Shown here one piece after another: positions 61,778 to 64,000 of a stretch of DNA of 64,000 bases. Source of the DNA: Paracoccaceae bacterium (lineage in GTDB: Bacteria; Pseudomonadota; Alphaproteobacteria; Rhodobacterales; Rhodobacteraceae). The DNA is taken from positions 431,391-495,390 of the forward strand of contig JAWKXB010000001.1 of NCBI GenBank assembly GCA_041397225.1. The letters are read 5' to 3'. The position numbers and the translations under genes are program-made. The notes below the pieces were generated by a model. It saw only the letters and a program-made list of their open reading frames with translations. It did no database searches and was not told the origin of the DNA. Within the stretch, counting starts at the first letter, position 1. Each line of letters starts with the position of its first letter.

Positions 61778-62596
61778 TTCAAGTCCCCGAACTGACGGGG
61801 GTGATGATGAGCAATCTATACTGGCTGACGGGCGAGCAGATGGAGCGGTTGAAGCCGTTCTTTCCGAAGAGCCATGGCAAGCCGCGGGTCGATGATCAGC
61901 GCGTGCTGAGCGGGATAATCTTTATCAATCGCAATGGCTTGCGGTGGTGCGACGCTCCGCGTGAGTATGGGCCGCCGAAGACGCTCTACAACCGTTGGAA
62001 GCGGTGGGGTGAGATGGGGGTCTTCGCTCGTATGATGGAGGGGCTGGCCTCCGAGGGCACCGAGCATAAGACGGTCATGATCGATGCGACCTACCTGAAG
62101 GCGCACCGCACGGCTTCAAGCCTGCGGGCGAAAAAGGGGGGGCCGACGACCAGCGCGGACGCCTGATTGGGCGCACGAAGGGTGGATTGAACACCAAGCT
62201 GCATGCCGTCACCGACGCCAAGGGGCGTCCGCTGAAGTTCTTCATGACCGCAGGCCAGGTCAGTGACTACACCGGTGCCGCCGCGTTGCTGGGCAGTCTG
62301 CCTGCTGCCGAATGGATGATCGCAGACCGGGGATATGACGCCGACTGGTTCCGGGAAGCGTTGAAAGACAAGGGGATACGACCATGCATCCCCGGTCGGA
62401 AGTCGCGCGGCAAGGCGGTCCGTTACGACAAGCGCCGCTACAAGCGACGCAATCGCATCGAGATCATGTTCGGTCGTTTGAAGGACTGGCGCCGGATCGC
62501 CACCCGTTACGACAGGTGCGCCAAGACCTTTCTCTCAGCCGTCGCACTCGCGGCAACCGTCATGTTCTGGCTTTGACGATCAATGAGTCTGGAGCC
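61733..62596 (+). mobile_element. IS5-family insertion sequence (IS427 group), about 0.86 kb
   Basis: Imperfect terminal inverted repeats GGGTCAGGACCCATTCATT / GGCTCCAGACTCATTGATC (13/19 identical by eye). CTAG is present at both junctions. The internal transposase is in two frames. Confidence 0.8.
61804..62576 (+). CDS. IS5/IS427-group transposase, OrfA-OrfB joined by a programmed -1 frameshift
   Basis: OrfA is MSNLYWLTGEQMERLKPFFPKSHGKPRVDDQRVLSGIIFINRNGLRWCDAP..., stopping at 62166. OrfB, in the -1 frame, reads ...GRLIGRTKGGLNTKLHAVTDAKG...ADRGYDADWFR...RNRIEIMFGRLKDWRRIATRYDR (DDE). The slippery AAAAAG is at 62131-62136. Confidence 0.85.
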
Positions 62597-62865
62597 TAGA
62601 TGATCTCGGTCTGTGATCCGACCGAACATGCACTTGGTCGGCGCGGAGCCAATCTCTGAAAGAGCCGTTCCACAGCCACTTTCGTACGGCTGTACTCTCC
62701 CGCAGGGCCGGCCTTCGCGAAGCCCCACTGTCGTGGCGTCGCTTAGGCACGCGATCACCTCTACCGTCGAACCGCTACGAGTACTCGGCGGACGGCGCGT
62801 CGGTATCGGCGGCGGCTTCCTGTTCGGGCGCCTTGATTCAGTCGATGCCGACGAAGGTCATGTCG

Positions 62866-63828
62866 TCACCCCTGATGCAGCAGGATCTGCTTCCACACAT
62901 GCACCTCGTCGAACAGGATGTAGTCGCGGCGCAGCCCCCAGGGGGACCATTCGGCGTGGGAGGTACCGCGCAGGTGGACCGTCGCGCCCGTGGGTGGGCC
63001 GAACATGCCGCGCCCCTCGTGCTTGCCAATCAGCGAAAAGCGCACCGCCGAGCGCGGCGGCATGCCGGCATCCTCGCGGCCGATGCGATGCTCGATCTCG
63101 AGTCTCGCCGAAGGAAAGGCGGCCCGCAGATTGACCCAGAACCGATCGGCCGCCGTCACGCCGTGGTCGGTCCGGCCACCCGGAAGTTCCAGATGGACGG
63201 CGCGGTCGTAGATGCCCGGCAGGGCCGCAAAGTCGGCCGCCATGACACGGCGCAGCATGTCCTCATAGCGCTGGCCCCATTCACCGTCGTTGCCCTTGCC
63301 GGTGTAGGGGCCGGCGCGGTCGTCCTTCCAGGTGAAGGGGCGGCGCGCCTTCTCCGGCCCGCCCTCGGCAGCGATCTCGCTCGCCGCCGCCTCGCGCGGG
63401 GTCAGGCCGCGCTGGCGCGCCGATGCGCCCCGGTCGTAGACGAGCCATTCGTCGGTGATCTGGTCGGCGATGCAGTAGCAGTCCGCGATCACCCGTTCCA
63501 CGATCCGCCGCCCGGTTGGGCGGCCATCATCATCGAGATCCGAGAATATCTCGAGCACGCGGTGCGATGAGAGGTACCCGTCATCCTCGTTGCCCGACCA
63601 GATCACATCTTCGCCCAGAAGCTGAAGGTCCGGCGCATGGGCGATGGACTGATTGGTCTCGTCGATGACGGCTTGGGCGCCAACGACAATGCCGTGCGAC
63701 CCCCGCTTGAGCATATCCTTGCCATACCAGTGATGCAGTTTTGCGACGCCGCGTTCCTCCCAGATCTCCTTGGTGATTCCGAGGATGTAGTCAGGCAGGT
63801 CAGTCCAGCGCGGATCGAAGCCTTTCAT
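62866..63828 (-). CDS. Tandem SnoaL/NTF2-like (ester-cyclase-like) protein
   Basis: 320 aa from ATG 63828, with two halves of similar pattern (ITKEIWEERG... and GQRYEDMLRRVMAADFAAL...). Family assignment is by eye only. Confidence 0.5.
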   Translation of the reverse strand: MKGFDPRWTDLPDYILGITKEIWEERGVAKLHHWYGKDMLKRGSHGIVVGAQAVIDETNQSIAHAPDLQLLGEDVIWSGNEDDGYLSSHRVLEIFSDLDDDGRPTGRRIVERVIADCYCIADQITDEWLVYDRGASARQRGLTPREAAASEIAAEGGPEKARRPFTWKDDRAGPYTGKGNDGEWGQRYEDMLRRVMAADFAALPGIYDRAVHLELPGGRTDHGVTAADRFWVNLRAAFPSARLEIEHRIGREDAGMPPRSAVRFSLIGKHEGRGMFGPPTGATVHLRGTSHAEWSPWGLRRDYILFDEVHVWKQILLHQG

Positions 63829-64000
63829 GCGAATTCCCTCTTGTTCCAGCCCCGTTTGCATGTTTGCATACGAAGTCGCCGCTTCCAGTCAAGCCCGGAT
63901 TGCTACTTGTAACGAAACATAAAGTATGGTTCTGATTGGATTGCAAGCGTCTGCAATCAAAATTAGCGGCGCAGCCATTGCTCTCAACAGTCGAGGTTCC

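Noticed and set aside
62597-62865. Continuation of the interrupted LysR gene downstream of the IS
   Set aside because: I translated all three forward frames. The in-phase junction stops after 6 codons, and no frame shows a LysR substrate-binding-domain pattern.

Overview
This is a high-GC alphaproteobacterial chromosomal segment, Rhodobacterales-like, densely coding and dominated by C1/C2 and small-amine metabolism. Left to right the window holds: tctCBA; an oxalate operon (gntR-oxc-frc-formyltransferase-fhs-usp) facing a divergent isochorismatase / sucCD-like / PanE-like operon across a twin-palindrome operator; tRNA-Lys, dapF and mtaB; an FMN-riboswitch-controlled ribH; a sulfatase, GST and LysE exporter; cytochrome bc1 (petABC); an orphan phage-tail-tube-family gene; TPP-riboswitch-controlled thiBPQ; a complete beta-hydroxyaspartate-cycle cluster (bhcR / bhcABCD) near the window centre; aroC; a peptide ABC-transporter operon with an embedded RpiR regulator plus DmpA and M55 D-aminopeptidases; about 4 kb of decayed genes (a frameshifted acyl-CoA synthetase, and a ThDP-enzyme::APH-kinase deletion fusion carrying an in-frame stop); an frcBCAK-like sugar transporter with a ROK regulator; and a dmgdh-mttB-M20-SBP operon whose divergent LysR regulator is truncated by an IS5-family (IS427-group) element. 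I saw no CRISPR array, rRNA, prophage or recognisable defence system. The most coherent 'system' is the bhc cluster, which was described in Paracoccus denitrificans in 2019 and is usually mis-annotated. It sits in a neighbourhood that may feed oxalate carbon into it. The more speculative leads are an FDH-N-terminal-like formyltransferase wedged between frc and fhs, the SucCD-like/PanE-like operon, the corrinoid-less MttB operon and the orphan tail-tube gene. All family calls come from reading the translated ORFs and motifs by eye; no database search was run.
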